Positions 1-9,413 of a stretch of DNA of 64,000 nucleotides are shown here, in pieces; positions within the stretch are counted from its first letter, which is position 1; every line of letters begins with the position of its first letter. The stretch comes from Myxococcales bacterium. GTDB lineage: Bacteria; Lernaellota; Lernaellaia; Lernaellales; Lernaellaceae. Both the position numbers and the translations under genes were made by a program. Below the pieces are notes generated by a model. The model had not been told where the DNA came from. It saw nothing but the letters and a program-made list of their open reading frames with translations, and ran no database searches. The DNA lies in contig JAAYVF010000074.1 of the NCBI GenBank assembly GCA_012517325.1, positions 13,701 through 77,700 of the forward strand, given 5' to 3'.

Positions 1-83
1 CAGCGCGTGATCACTTCACCGAGTTCTTCGCGCTCTTTTGCTTTGGTGGCAGTAAAAACCTTCACCGCATTAAACAAACTCAT
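1..83 (-). CDS. Small conserved deltaproteobacterial-type hypothetical protein, 5' part only (runs off the window)
   Basis: Not in the ORF track. Manual translation from ATG at 83: MSLFNAVKVFTATKAKEREELGEVITRW..., with a GGAGG RBS upstream. It resembles the VKVFSATKAKEREELGE small proteins I recall from myxobacteria. Confidence 0.75.
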   Translation of the reverse strand, partial: MSLFNAVKVFTATKAKEREELGEVITR

Positions 84-547
84 CGAAAAGACCTCCTTTT
101 ATCCTATTGCTGAACAACCAGTGTTGAAGTATGCCCGGACAAAATACAGAAAGAAACAGGATTTGGCAAGCTAGAAAATAAAAAAAAAGAATGTAACTTA
201 TTGAAATGACACTCAATCACTATATTCTCTAAAAAGTGATAAACAACGACGGCTTTCTTCAATATCACGTCAGAATAATTTGCCGTAAACCTGAACCGGC
301 TTCACCGCCGAATATAAAAAAAGCAAATTGATGTCATATATTTACATTCTAAACAATATTCCGGAAGCGGCTTATACCCGATGATTTTGTGTCAATTTCC
401 CTTGCTGCTATAGATATCAACGACAGTAACATGGCGCTTTTACAATAATAAATCCATTCGTTCACCCGCCGTTTCAGCTTTAACCGGAAATGTCGACTTC
501 CCGCCTCGATGTTGACGGACATTCTTCAAAATGACATGCTTGATCGC

Positions 548-1126
548 ATGACGATTTTACTCCACATTTGCTGCGCGCCCTGTAGCATCGTCCCGATCGA
601 CCGCTTCCGCGCCGAGGGAGTCGATCTACTCGGCTGGTGGTTCAATCCGAATATCCACCCTTACACCGAAAACGAAACCAGGCGGACAACCCTTGAAAAA
701 TACGCGGAAAAAATCGCCTTACCCATCCGGTGGCGAAACGAATACCGTCTCGAGGATTTTTTACGCGCGGTGGCGTTCAACGAAATGAATCGTTGCCGGA
801 CCTGTCTGCGCTGGCGACTGGAAACCGCGGCGGTCGAAGCCAAGTCGGCCGGTTGCGAAGCCTTTTCCACCACCCTGCTTTATTCCAAATACCAGCCTCA
901 CGAGCTGATCGCCGAAATCGGCGCGCAAGTTAGCGAGGCAAAATCCATACCGTTTCATTACCGGGATTTCCGGCCGTTCTGGCGCGAAGGAGTGGATCGC
1001 AGTCGGGCGGAAGGCATGTATCGCCAGAAGTACTGCGGCTGCATTTACAGCGAGAAGGAGCGTTATCTAGGAAAAAAGGACTCGCCAGCAGCCTCTTCAA
1101 GTGTTGCAAATCCACAACATACATAG
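548..1126 (+). CDS. queH: Epoxyqueuosine reductase QueH (DUF208)
   Basis: Motifs ILLHICCAPC, NPNIHP, RCxxCxxxRL, FSTTLLYSKYQ and YRQKYCGCIYSE. Start placed at ATG 548 (the ORF is open from 509). Confidence 0.92.
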   Translation: MTILLHICCAPCSIVPIDRFRAEGVDLLGWWFNPNIHPYTENETRRTTLEKYAEKIALPIRWRNEYRLEDFLRAVAFNEMNRCRTCLRWRLETAAVEAKSAGCEAFSTTLLYSKYQPHELIAEIGAQVSEAKSIPFHYRDFRPFWREGVDRSRAEGMYRQKYCGCIYSEKERYLGKKDSPAASSSVANPQHT

Positions 1127-1140
1127 TTGCAACTCAACTA
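1102..1140. promoter_or_regulatory. Paired dyad elements, candidate upstream activator sites for the lpxC sigma54 promoter
   Basis: TGTTG-N8-CAACA (1102-1119) and TAGTTG-N5-CAACTA (1124-1140). Both contain GTTGCAA (1103 and 1126, 23 bp apart) and lie about 110-150 bp upstream of the -24 element. Confidence 0.4.
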
Positions 1141-1248
1141 CAGTAAGGCCAAATCCGCCTCTCCGCGTATCAAAAATGCATCGGTAAAATTAATTCTATG
1201 TTGCTGTTTTTATTTGCATTTAATACAAACGCCCTTCGCCGGAAACCA

Positions 1249-1264
1249 TGGCACACCAATTGCT
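1249..1264 (+). promoter_or_regulatory. Sigma54 (-24/-12) promoter upstream of lpxC
   Basis: TGGCACACCAATTGCT matches TGGCAC-N5-TTGCW exactly, with GG-N10-GC spacing, and ends 56 bp before the lpxC ATG. Confidence 0.75.
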
Positions 1265-1320
1265 TACTCTTCTAGCTGATCGTAGCCGGTTTTACTACCG
1301 GCAAGGAGAAGACGGGAAAA

Positions 1321-2232
1321 ATGGATTATCAACAAACCATAGCCGCCGCGGTTCATTGCAGCGGCATCGGGCTCCACACCGGGAGCAAGATCACGCTGAC
1401 AATTCGCCCGGCGCCGCCGGATTCAGGCATTGTTTTCTTCCGCACCGATCTGGTGGGCAAACGAAAGGTGCGCGCCACGGCAAAAAGCGTCGGCGGCACC
1501 AATTTCGCCACCTCCCTGATCGGCGACGGGTTTGTCATCAGCACCATCGAACACTTGATGGCCGCCCTGCACGGTCACGGCATCGACAACGCGCTGGTCG
1601 AAGTGGACGGTGACGAATTGCCCATCATGGACGGCAGCGCCGCCGCGTTCAGCTATCTGTTCAACAGCGCGGGATTGAAATCCCATCAGGTTCCCAAACG
1701 GTACATGCAGATCCTCAAACCGGTGGTCATCACCGAAGGCGACAAGCGCGCGGCGCTCTACCCGGCTGACGGCTTCGCCCTGACCTACGAAATCTCTTAT
1801 ACCCATCCGGCGATCCAGAATCAGCGCTTCGATATCGTGGTGACGCCGCAGAGCTTCCAATCCGAACTGGCCAACGCGCGGACGTTCGGCTTTCTGGCCG
1901 AAGTCAACCTGATGCGCGAGAGCGGCCTGGCCAACGGCGGCGGGTTGGAAAACGCCATCGTGCTGGGCAACTATTCGGTGCTCAACGCCGGCGGCCTGCG
2001 CCACCCCGACGAATTCGCCCGGCACAAAGCGCTGGACATGCTGGGCGACCTTTATATGGCCGGATACCCGATCCTCGGCCGCGCGCACGGATTCAAAAGC
2101 GGCCATGCCATGAACCACAAGCTGGTCATGGCCCTGCTGGAAGACAAAAAGGCCTGGCGGCTCGTCGACGGGCGCCCGAACCGCAACGCGGTGGCGGACG
2201 AACGGCAAGCCGTTCAGGTTCAAGCTACTTGA
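1321..2232 (+). CDS. lpxC: UDP-3-O-acyl-N-acetylglucosamine deacetylase LpxC
   Basis: Motifs QQTI, GIGLHTG, STIEHLMAAL, ELPIMDGSA, ARTFGF and EFARHKALDMLGDL; GGAGA RBS upstream. Confidence 0.97.
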   Translation: MDYQQTIAAAVHCSGIGLHTGSKITLTIRPAPPDSGIVFFRTDLVGKRKVRATAKSVGGTNFATSLIGDGFVISTIEHLMAALHGHGIDNALVEVDGDELPIMDGSAAAFSYLFNSAGLKSHQVPKRYMQILKPVVITEGDKRAALYPADGFALTYEISYTHPAIQNQRFDIVVTPQSFQSELANARTFGFLAEVNLMRESGLANGGGLENAIVLGNYSVLNAGGLRHPDEFARHKALDMLGDLYMAGYPILGRAHGFKSGHAMNHKLVMALLEDKKAWRLVDGRPNRNAVADERQAVQVQAT

Positions 2233-2252
2233 TCCATTCCGCATCTCAAGTC

Positions 2253-2280
2253 GCGCGCTCGATCGGGCGCGCTTTTTTTT
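2253..2280 (+). terminator. Intrinsic terminator after lpxC
   Basis: GCGCGCTC-GATC-GGGCGCGC (8 bp stem, one G-U pair) followed by T8. Confidence 0.8.
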
Positions 2281-2399
2281 ATTGAAAAAGCGGCGCCGCT
2301 CGGCTCCCGTTCGAATCCGCCGTTTTACGGGTGGTGCTGGCCTTTTGTCCATTTTTTTGCTATTTGCTTTGTATTCGGCCAACTCGAAGGGAGAGGACA

Positions 2400-3491
2400 A
2401 TGCGATCGGCACGTTTTGTCGTCATTTTCCTTATATTGATAATGTTGCTCGCCTGCGGCGGCCCGCCGAAACCGCATTTTACCTGGCGGGAACCGGTCGA
2501 TATCAATTCAGCCTTACCGGGCAGAATCGCCCTTTTCGTCGATGCGTCCTACGTGCGCCGCACCGATGAAAAACGTCTTTACTTCTCGATCGAGGAATCC
2601 ATCGACCTGGGCAAACTGATCAACGACCAGGCCGAAGCCGCGCTGACCGGCAGCAAATATTCCCTGGCCCTGCAAAAACGCTTTTTCATCGGCGCCTATC
2701 GCGAACGCGAGGCCCTGGTGGCCGACCGTCCGGGCATCGCGCTCTATCAGCGACCCGCGCCGCTGCATCAGGATCCCGAGGCCTGCCGAACCGAAAAATC
2801 GACTAACGAATTCAGGCAACTCTGGCAAATTACCCGCAGTGTCCTGATCGGCCAAACCGACAAATTTCCCGAACAACTCACCAAGGAGTTGGGCGCGCGC
2901 TATCAAATCGACACGTTGGCGATGGTCGTCGGCATCTCGCGTAAAAACGACGATACGAACCCGATGCCGCCGCCGTTCGATCCGCGTTCGGCGCTGGACG
3001 ACCTGTCGGCTTCGATCCTCGCCGTCGTCATGGTTCGGGCGATCGACGGCGTGGTGGTCTATCAAGCCATGACTTCGATCCCCGGCCCGCAGCGCGACAG
3101 CACGATTCGCGGCGCGGTGGATACGGCGTTCAACGGCCTGCCGTTGCACCAGCGGCAAGTCCCCTATCCGACGCCGGTGGTCAAGCAAGCGGCGGAAAGC
3201 GGCGAAGCGACCGAACCGATGGATTCGCCGTGGCTGCAAAATCCGGAAGCCGAGAAGCCCGGTGATCAAGCGCCGGCTTTCATCACCCCGGCCGAGGGGC
3301 GTCCGGCGACGATCGTCGGCCAGGAAAAAGTTTTCTTGTTGCGCCGCCCCGGCGCGATGGGCGACCCGATCGCGACCGCCGTCCTCGGCACCAAGATCAA
3401 GGTGCTGAAAAAAGAAGTGAATTGGTATCTCGTCGCCTTGCCGGACGGCCGCAGCGGTTGGGTCTATTACAAATGGGTCGATTTTTATTGA
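2400..3491 (+). CDS. Lipoprotein with C-terminal bacterial SH3 domain
   Basis: ATG 2400 after GAGAGGA; hydrophobic signal with lipobox LLAC; Pro/Ala/Glu linker; C-terminal GTKIKVLKKEVNWYLVALPDGRSGWV (SH3b-like). Confidence 0.75.
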   Translation: MRSARFVVIFLILIMLLACGGPPKPHFTWREPVDINSALPGRIALFVDASYVRRTDEKRLYFSIEESIDLGKLINDQAEAALTGSKYSLALQKRFFIGAYREREALVADRPGIALYQRPAPLHQDPEACRTEKSTNEFRQLWQITRSVLIGQTDKFPEQLTKELGARYQIDTLAMVVGISRKNDDTNPMPPPFDPRSALDDLSASILAVVMVRAIDGVVVYQAMTSIPGPQRDSTIRGAVDTAFNGLPLHQRQVPYPTPVVKQAAESGEATEPMDSPWLQNPEAEKPGDQAPAFITPAEGRPATIVGQEKVFLLRRPGAMGDPIATAVLGTKIKVLKKEVNWYLVALPDGRSGWVYYKWVDFY

Positions 3492-3553
3492 TCGTTCGCG
3501 CCGACCGAATACCCGCCTGATCGCCTCCCGCCGCCGGCCGATGAACCGGGCGG

Positions 3554-5548
3554 TTGTTATTCCGCGAAAATCGCCGTAATTTTCTATTGATTGAGACGGC
3601 CGCGAAAGACGAGTCCGGAGAATTGACCAGACCGTTTGCCGATAAATACGAATTCATCCGTCGCCTGGGAATCGGCGGCATGGCCGAGGTATATCTGGCG
3701 CGGCAGCACGGCGTCGCCGGCTTCGAGAAACTGGTCGCCGTCAAGCTGATCCGGCCGGATCGCGAAGGGCAAAAACAATTCGTCGAGATGTTCATCGACG
3801 AAGCACGCACCGCCGCGCAGCTCGATCATCCGAACGTCGTGCAGGTCTACGATTTCGGCAACGCCGACGGCAGTTTCTTTCTGGTGATGGAATTCGTGCA
3901 CGGCTTCAGTCTGGCGCATTTGCTGGCCCTCTGCGCCGAGCGGCACCGGGAATTTCCGGTTTCGCTCAGCCTCGCGGTGATGTCCTCGCTTTGCCGCGGA
4001 TTGGATTACGCCCACCGGAAGACCGATCTGAACGGACGGCCGCTCAATCTCATTCATCGCGACATCGACACCCAGAACGTTTTCGTCTCGTTCGAGGGGC
4101 AGGTAAAGCTCGGCGACTTCGGCTTGGCTAAGGCCAGCACCCGGCTGCACGAATCGACCGACGGCACCTTGAAAGGCAAAGTGAACTACCTTTCGCCGGA
4201 GATGATTCGCGGCGAACCGCTCGATCAGCGCGCCGATATTTTCGCGCTCGGGGTCGTCCTTTATCGTTTGCTGACAGGCCGCCTGCCGTTCATGGCCGAC
4301 GGCGTGCCGCAAATCCTCGAAAACATCAAGCTGGGACGCTACGTCCGCGCCGGCGAGGCCAGGCCCGATCTGCCCGCAGCACTGGCGGCCATCGTCGATC
4401 GCGCCATGGCGACCGATCGCACGGCGCGATTCGGCTCGGTCGCCGAAATGCTCGCCGAATTGGAAGCCTGTCGGACGGCCGAATTGTCGGGCGACAACGC
4501 CGCCATGCTGCGCAAGTTCATCCACGCCCATTTCGCCGATCTGGCGGCGGCGCCGATCCTGCCGCCCGGCACGGACCCGCGCGAAGAGGCCGCCTTGAAA
4601 ACCGTGCTGACCGGCCGCCCGGGAGAGAAAACCCGCGACCGGACGCTCGTCAAACGGCAGACCGCGGTAACCGTCGCCATCGACGACCGCAAACCCGGCC
4701 GCGCCAAACCGGTGATGCTCGGCTCGCTGCTCATCGCCCTAGTGCTGGCGGCGCTGGTTCTTTTCCAAACCTACCGCTCGCCCACGCCCGCGATCCCCGA
4801 ATCGACGCCGGTGTCGTCGCCCCCGGCGCCGCCGCCCGTTCCGGCCAACGCGGAAACAACACCCGCAGCCGCGCCGCTCGCGCCCGTCGCCGCCGTCACG
4901 CCCGACGCCGCCGTTGCGGCGGGCGGTTTTCTGATCGTCGACGCCAAGCCGGCCGACGCCGAGTTGTACCTGAACGGGAAATTCCTCGGTTCGGCCGCCG
5001 TCAAGAAAAAGTGGCCCGCGCCCGCCGCCACCCCGCTGCTGATCACGGTAAAAAAGACCGGCTACCTGCCGCGCGAAAAATCCATTCAGCTCGCAGCCAA
5101 CGAAACGCGGAAACTCGACTTTGAGCTGACCGCCGCGCTGGGGGTGCTCAACATCGGCGCCGACGTCGGCTGCGAAGCCACGGTGGACGGCAAGCCGGCT
5201 GGTTCGACGCCCATCGCCGCCTTGTCGATCGGCGTTGGCCCGCACCAGGTTTCCTGCGTCAATTCGGCGGTCGGCGCGACGCTCACGAAGAGCGTCACGG
5301 TCACCGGCGTGCAGACGGCCAAGGTTTCGTTCACTTTTCTGGCTTCGTTGAAAGCCGAGGTCAGCCCCTGGGCGGAAATCTACCTGGACGGCGTCAAACT
5401 CGGCACGACGCCACTGAATAAGTCGGGAATCAAACCGGGCGACCATCTGGTCCGGCTCGTCAACAACCAATTGGGCAAGGACGTATCGTACACCAAGCAT
5501 TTTGAGGCGGGCGCGACGGTGACGATCGCCGAAAGCTTCGCCAAATGA
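3554..5548 (+). CDS. Membrane Hanks-type Ser/Thr protein kinase with extracytoplasmic PEGA domains
   Basis: LGIGGMAEVY, VAVK, FIDEA, HRDIDTQN, KLGDFG and YLSPE; one TM segment (LLIALVLAALVLF), a Pro/Ala linker and PEGA-like repeats. The true start may be slightly downstream. Confidence 0.9.
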   Translation: MLFRENRRNFLLIETAAKDESGELTRPFADKYEFIRRLGIGGMAEVYLARQHGVAGFEKLVAVKLIRPDREGQKQFVEMFIDEARTAAQLDHPNVVQVYDFGNADGSFFLVMEFVHGFSLAHLLALCAERHREFPVSLSLAVMSSLCRGLDYAHRKTDLNGRPLNLIHRDIDTQNVFVSFEGQVKLGDFGLAKASTRLHESTDGTLKGKVNYLSPEMIRGEPLDQRADIFALGVVLYRLLTGRLPFMADGVPQILENIKLGRYVRAGEARPDLPAALAAIVDRAMATDRTARFGSVAEMLAELEACRTAELSGDNAAMLRKFIHAHFADLAAAPILPPGTDPREEAALKTVLTGRPGEKTRDRTLVKRQTAVTVAIDDRKPGRAKPVMLGSLLIALVLAALVLFQTYRSPTPAIPESTPVSSPPAPPPVPANAETTPAAAPLAPVAAVTPDAAVAAGGFLIVDAKPADAELYLNGKFLGSAAVKKKWPAPAATPLLITVKKTGYLPREKSIQLAANETRKLDFELTAALGVLNIGADVGCEATVDGKPAGSTPIAALSIGVGPHQVSCVNSAVGATLTKSVTVTGVQTAKVSFTFLASLKAEVSPWAEIYLDGVKLGTTPLNKSGIKPGDHLVRLVNNQLGKDVSYTKHFEAGATVTIAESFAK

Positions 5549-5558
5549 GGATTTTCGC

Positions 5559-6311
5559 ATGCGGCGCGTGATGTTTCTCTGTTGCTTGCTCGGCTGCCTG
5601 CTGGGATCGGTCGCCGTCGCGGCCGCGCAGGCGTCCGATCCGTTGGCCGAGGGCAAGGCCGCCTACGAGGCGTTGGATTTCGAAAAAGCGCTGCTCCTGT
5701 TGCAGCAGGCAGTCGGGATGCCGTCGCGTTACACGCCCGGCGAACTGGCGGAGGCGCATCGCTACCTCGCGATGACCCTCCTGGCCTACAACCGGGCCGA
5801 CGAGGCGCGCGAGCAATTCGTGCAAGCCTTGCGGGCCAACCCCGACCTGGCGTTCGATCCGGATCTGACCTCGCCGAAAATTTTGCAGGCCTTCGCCGAG
5901 GCCAAACGGATTTTCGAGGAAAAATACGCCCGGCCCGCCGCCAAGAATGAACCGTTGCCGACCGGGCACACCTGGCGCTGGCCGACCGGTTGGACCCTGA
6001 TCGGCATCGGCGGCGCCTGTCTGGCGACGTCCGGCGTCACCTATGGATTGGTGTGGGACACCTACGGCAAATACCAGGCCGAGGACGAGGACCAGGACAA
6101 GCTGGACCGGCTGAAAAAGCAAGGCGAAACCTACGAGGCCGTCAGCGGCGTCAGCCTCGGCGTCGGCGCCGTGCTGACCGGTCTGGGCATTTATTTCGCG
6201 GCGACCGACCACCCGCGTCCCGTTCATGAAAGTTCGCTGTGGCCGCCGCTCGTGTCGCCGCTCGGGCCCGCCGGAACGACCGGCCTGACGATGGGATGGA
6301 GGTTCCAATGA
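5559..6311 (+). CDS. Exported TPR protein with C-terminal hydrophobic segments
   Basis: Signal peptide (AVAAAQA), TPR-like helices (GKAAYEALDFEKALLLL; AHRYLAMTLLAYNRADEAREQF), two Gly-rich hydrophobic stretches and a terminal aromatic residue (GWRFQ). Confidence 0.75.
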   Translation: MRRVMFLCCLLGCLLGSVAVAAAQASDPLAEGKAAYEALDFEKALLLLQQAVGMPSRYTPGELAEAHRYLAMTLLAYNRADEAREQFVQALRANPDLAFDPDLTSPKILQAFAEAKRIFEEKYARPAAKNEPLPTGHTWRWPTGWTLIGIGGACLATSGVTYGLVWDTYGKYQAEDEDQDKLDRLKKQGETYEAVSGVSLGVGAVLTGLGIYFAATDHPRPVHESSLWPPLVSPLGPAGTTGLTMGWRFQ

Positions 6312-7582
6312 AACGAAAGGAATCGATCCTGCCGCGCGGGCGATTCATCAGCCTTTTGCTTTGCTTGCTGCTGGCGGTCGGCGGCCTGACGGGATGCCCG
6401 ACGTTCGATAAAACGATCGAGGACGACGCGGACACGTCCGACGACGACAACGACGACAACGACAGCGCCGCGGACGACGACGACGACGATAACGACAACG
6501 ACGACACCGCCCCCGGATTCGGCGATTACGTGCTGTGGGCGATGGGACGCGACCGGCAGACCGACGCCGGTGTGTTGCTGGTTTCCGACGGCGGATCCTG
6601 GTTCAATTATCCGCTGTCGCCCGATCTGCCGGGCGAGAACTGGAATCTGATCGCCGGCGGCGCCAGCGCCGTAGGCCGCGGAATGCTGGTCGGCAATATC
6701 GATCACGACGGATCAAGCCTCGGTTTTGGTTTGCGCGTCAAGGAAAACGCACTGACGCCCGAAGTCCCGTCGTTTCAAAGCAATGATTGGGAAGTCAGCG
6801 GCGTCTCGTTTCTGCCGTCGGGCACCGCGACTCTCGGGTGGGTCGTCGCCACCGATCTGGACGACCAGGCCGGCGCGATCTTCCGCCTGGGCACCGACGA
6901 CTGGAATCAGGAGGACATCACTTTTACGGGTGAAAAATGGTCGCTCGTCGCCATTTCGATGCTCGACCAATATACCGGCTTTGCGTTCGGCTCCATCAAT
7001 GTCATCGGTCAAAGCAAGACGAACGGCCTGGCGTTGCGAAAAAGCGGCAGCACCTGGGTGCGAAAAAGCCTCCTGCCCGGATTGTTGAATTCCTGGGCCC
7101 TGAAAGACGGCCAAATGGTCGACGAAACCAACGTCTGGGCGGTCGGGGCCGAGGAAAAATTGGTCGGGAAGAATACCGGCCTCGTGCTTCACGGCGACGG
7201 CGCCGACGATTGGTCGCAATTCGACGTGCCGGATATCGGCAGCCAGAATTGGCTGCTCAATTCCGTCTCATTCGTTTCCTCGATCTTCGGTTTCGCCGTC
7301 GGCGACGACCTGGACAACGACGAGGGCGTGATCCTGGTTTTCGACGGCCCGGTCGAATCCGCATCCTGGGAAAAAATGACCGTCCTGGGACTGGCCAATA
7401 CCTGGTCGGCGCAACAGGTGGAAATGCGTTCGAATACCGACGGTTACCTGGTCGGGTACACCATCGATACCAAACAGGGATTGCTGCTTCACTTCAACGG
7501 CGATGCCTGGAAAGTGGTTTCGCTGGACAGCGTCTACCAATGCAGCGATTGGATGCTGTCCGGTTTCGCTTACGTGCCCTGA
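6308..7582 (+). CDS. Lipoprotein with Asp-rich linker and beta-propeller-like domain
   Basis: ATG 6308 overlaps the upstream stop (ATGA); lipobox LTGC; Asp/Asn tract; repeated blades ending in xxWxx with G(F/W)AVG-type motifs. Confidence 0.75.
   Translation: MKRKESILPRGRFISLLLCLLLAVGGLTGCPTFDKTIEDDADTSDDDNDDNDSAADDDDDDNDNDDTAPGFGDYVLWAMGRDRQTDAGVLLVSDGGSWFNYPLSPDLPGENWNLIAGGASAVGRGMLVGNIDHDGSSLGFGLRVKENALTPEVPSFQSNDWEVSGVSFLPSGTATLGWVVATDLDDQAGAIFRLGTDDWNQEDITFTGEKWSLVAISMLDQYTGFAFGSINVIGQSKTNGLALRKSGSTWVRKSLLPGLLNSWALKDGQMVDETNVWAVGAEEKLVGKNTGLVLHGDGADDWSQFDVPDIGSQNWLLNSVSFVSSIFGFAVGDDLDNDEGVILVFDGPVESASWEKMTVLGLANTWSAQQVEMRSNTDGYLVGYTIDTKQGLLLHFNGDAWKVVSLDSVYQCSDWMLSGFAYVP
6422..6505 (+). 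repeat. Asp-rich low-complexity coding tract (GAC/GAT/AAC)
   Basis: Encodes DDADTSDDDNDDNDSAADDDDDDNDNDD, shortly after the lipobox Cys. Confidence 0.9.
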
Positions 7583-7711
7583 AAAGATCGCTTGTTTGCC
7601 ACTTATTGATTTTTTATCTCAATAGCATTGACCTGATCCCCGCTCCATCCTTATCTTTCAGTTAGAGGAAGAAACGAGCGCCGCCAATGCGGCCGATCCC
7701 TCAAAACGGGA

Positions 7712-9358
7712 GTGAAAACCATGGCGACCTTACTGTCGAACCCAAAAATCACTCATGATTTCAGCTATATTCCAAAAAAAGATGGTCAAGCGCCGAAGCC
7801 CGACGTGAAAGCCGACGCCCTGACGATCACTTCCACGAGTCCGGCGACCGGGGAGTACCTGGGAACGGTGTCGGTGACCGCGCGCGAGGAAGCCCGCGCC
7901 GCCGTCCGCCGGGCAAGAATCGCGGCGAAAAAATGGGCGGAAACCTCGATCGAGGTGCGCGCGCAATATTTGAAGCGGGCCAACCAGTACATTTACGACC
8001 ATTTCGAGCGCATCGTCGAAACCATTTCCAAGGAAAACGGTAAACCGCGGACCGAAGCCGAAATCACCGACCTGCTGCCGGTGATCTACCACAACATCTA
8101 TTACGCCCGTCACGCGGAAAAACTGCTGCGCGACCGAAAAATTCCCTTGCGGTTATGGAGCTTCATCGGCAAGGCCAGCTATCAACGCTACGTGCCGTGG
8201 GGTGTTTTGGGCGTCATTTCGCCCTGGAATTATCCGTTCGGCATTCCGATGACGCAGATCGCCATGGCGTTGATCGCCGGCAATGCCGTTGTCCTCAAGC
8301 CCAGCAGTTCGACGCCGCTGACCGGCGAGATCATCCGGCAAATCTGGGAATCGACCGGCCTGCCCAAGGACGTGCTGACCGTCATTCAGGGTCCGGGGCG
8401 ACTGGGCGAAGCGCTGATCGAAGAGCCGGCGGACCGGCTGATCTTTACGGGCAGCGTCGCCATCGGCCGCCACCTGGCGAAACTGGCCGCCGAAAAATTG
8501 TTGCCGATCACCCTTGAACTGGGCGGCAAGGATCCGGCGATTGTGCTGGCCGATGCCGATCTCGAGGCGGCCACCAGCGGCATTCTCTGGGGCGCGATGG
8601 CCAACGCGGGCCAGACCTGCGCCGGGATCGAGCGGGTGTACGTCGAGCGGCCGATTTACGACGAGTTCGTGCGGCGCATCACCGACAAGGCCAAGTCCCT
8701 GCGGGTCGGCGCCGACCGGGATTTCGACAGCGACCTGGGCGCGATCACCAACCGCGGCCAATTGGAAACGATCGACCGCCAGGTTCGGGAAGCTGTCGCC
8801 CAAGGCGCGAAAATCGAGACCGGCGGACGGATCGTCGAGGACTGCTGCGGCGATTTTTACGCCCCGACCATCCTCACCAACGTCCGGCACGGCATGGCGA
8901 TCATCTGCGAGGAAAATTTCGGGCCCGTGCTGCCGATCATGCCGTTCGACACGATCGACGAGGCGGTCCGCCTGGCTAACGACACCCGGTTCGCCCTCTC
9001 GGCCAGCGTCTGGACAGGCAGCAACCGGCGCGGTCGCGAAATCGCCCGGCAATTGGTGGCGGGCACGGTCACCATCAACGACAGCTTGTACACCTACGCG
9101 CTGGCCGAAACGCCGTGGGGCGGCTATCGCGAATCGGGCATCGGTAAAACGCACGGCGAGGAAGGTTTGCTCGAAATGGTCCGGCCGGTGCACATCGCCT
9201 ACGACCGCTTCCCGCGGATCAAAAAACCGTGGTGGTATCCGTACGACGAGAATTTTTCGGTGGCGTTCGGCGCGGCGGTGAAGGCGCTGGCGGGCAAGGA
9301 TGTCGTCCGCTCGCTCTGGAAAGCGGCGGCGAACCTGAATTTCCGCGGCAAACTGTAG
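7712..9358 (+). CDS. NAD(P)-dependent aldehyde dehydrogenase
   Basis: GVISPWNYPF, VVLKPSS, FTGSVAIG, LELGGKDP (catalytic Glu), NAGQTCAG (catalytic Cys) and EENFGPVL. The start could be GTG 7712 or ATG 7721. Confidence 0.95.
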   Translation: MKTMATLLSNPKITHDFSYIPKKDGQAPKPDVKADALTITSTSPATGEYLGTVSVTAREEARAAVRRARIAAKKWAETSIEVRAQYLKRANQYIYDHFERIVETISKENGKPRTEAEITDLLPVIYHNIYYARHAEKLLRDRKIPLRLWSFIGKASYQRYVPWGVLGVISPWNYPFGIPMTQIAMALIAGNAVVLKPSSSTPLTGEIIRQIWESTGLPKDVLTVIQGPGRLGEALIEEPADRLIFTGSVAIGRHLAKLAAEKLLPITLELGGKDPAIVLADADLEAATSGILWGAMANAGQTCAGIERVYVERPIYDEFVRRITDKAKSLRVGADRDFDSDLGAITNRGQLETIDRQVREAVAQGAKIETGGRIVEDCCGDFYAPTILTNVRHGMAIICEENFGPVLPIMPFDTIDEAVRLANDTRFALSASVWTGSNRRGREIARQLVAGTVTINDSLYTYALAETPWGGYRESGIGKTHGEEGLLEMVRPVHIAYDRFPRIKKPWWYPYDENFSVAFGAAVKALAGKDVVRSLWKAAANLNFRGKL

Positions 9359-9365
9359 AACCTAC

Positions 9366-9400
9366 GTCGGGCGGCGAAGTCATTCGCTTTGCCGCCCGAC
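9366..9400. terminator. Hairpin between convergent genes (possible bidirectional terminator)
   Basis: GTCGGGCGGCGAAG-TCATTCG-CTTTGCCGCCCGAC, a 14 bp stem with one G-U pair and no clear U-tract. Confidence 0.5.
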
Positions 9401-9413
9401 CGATAAGCGACTC

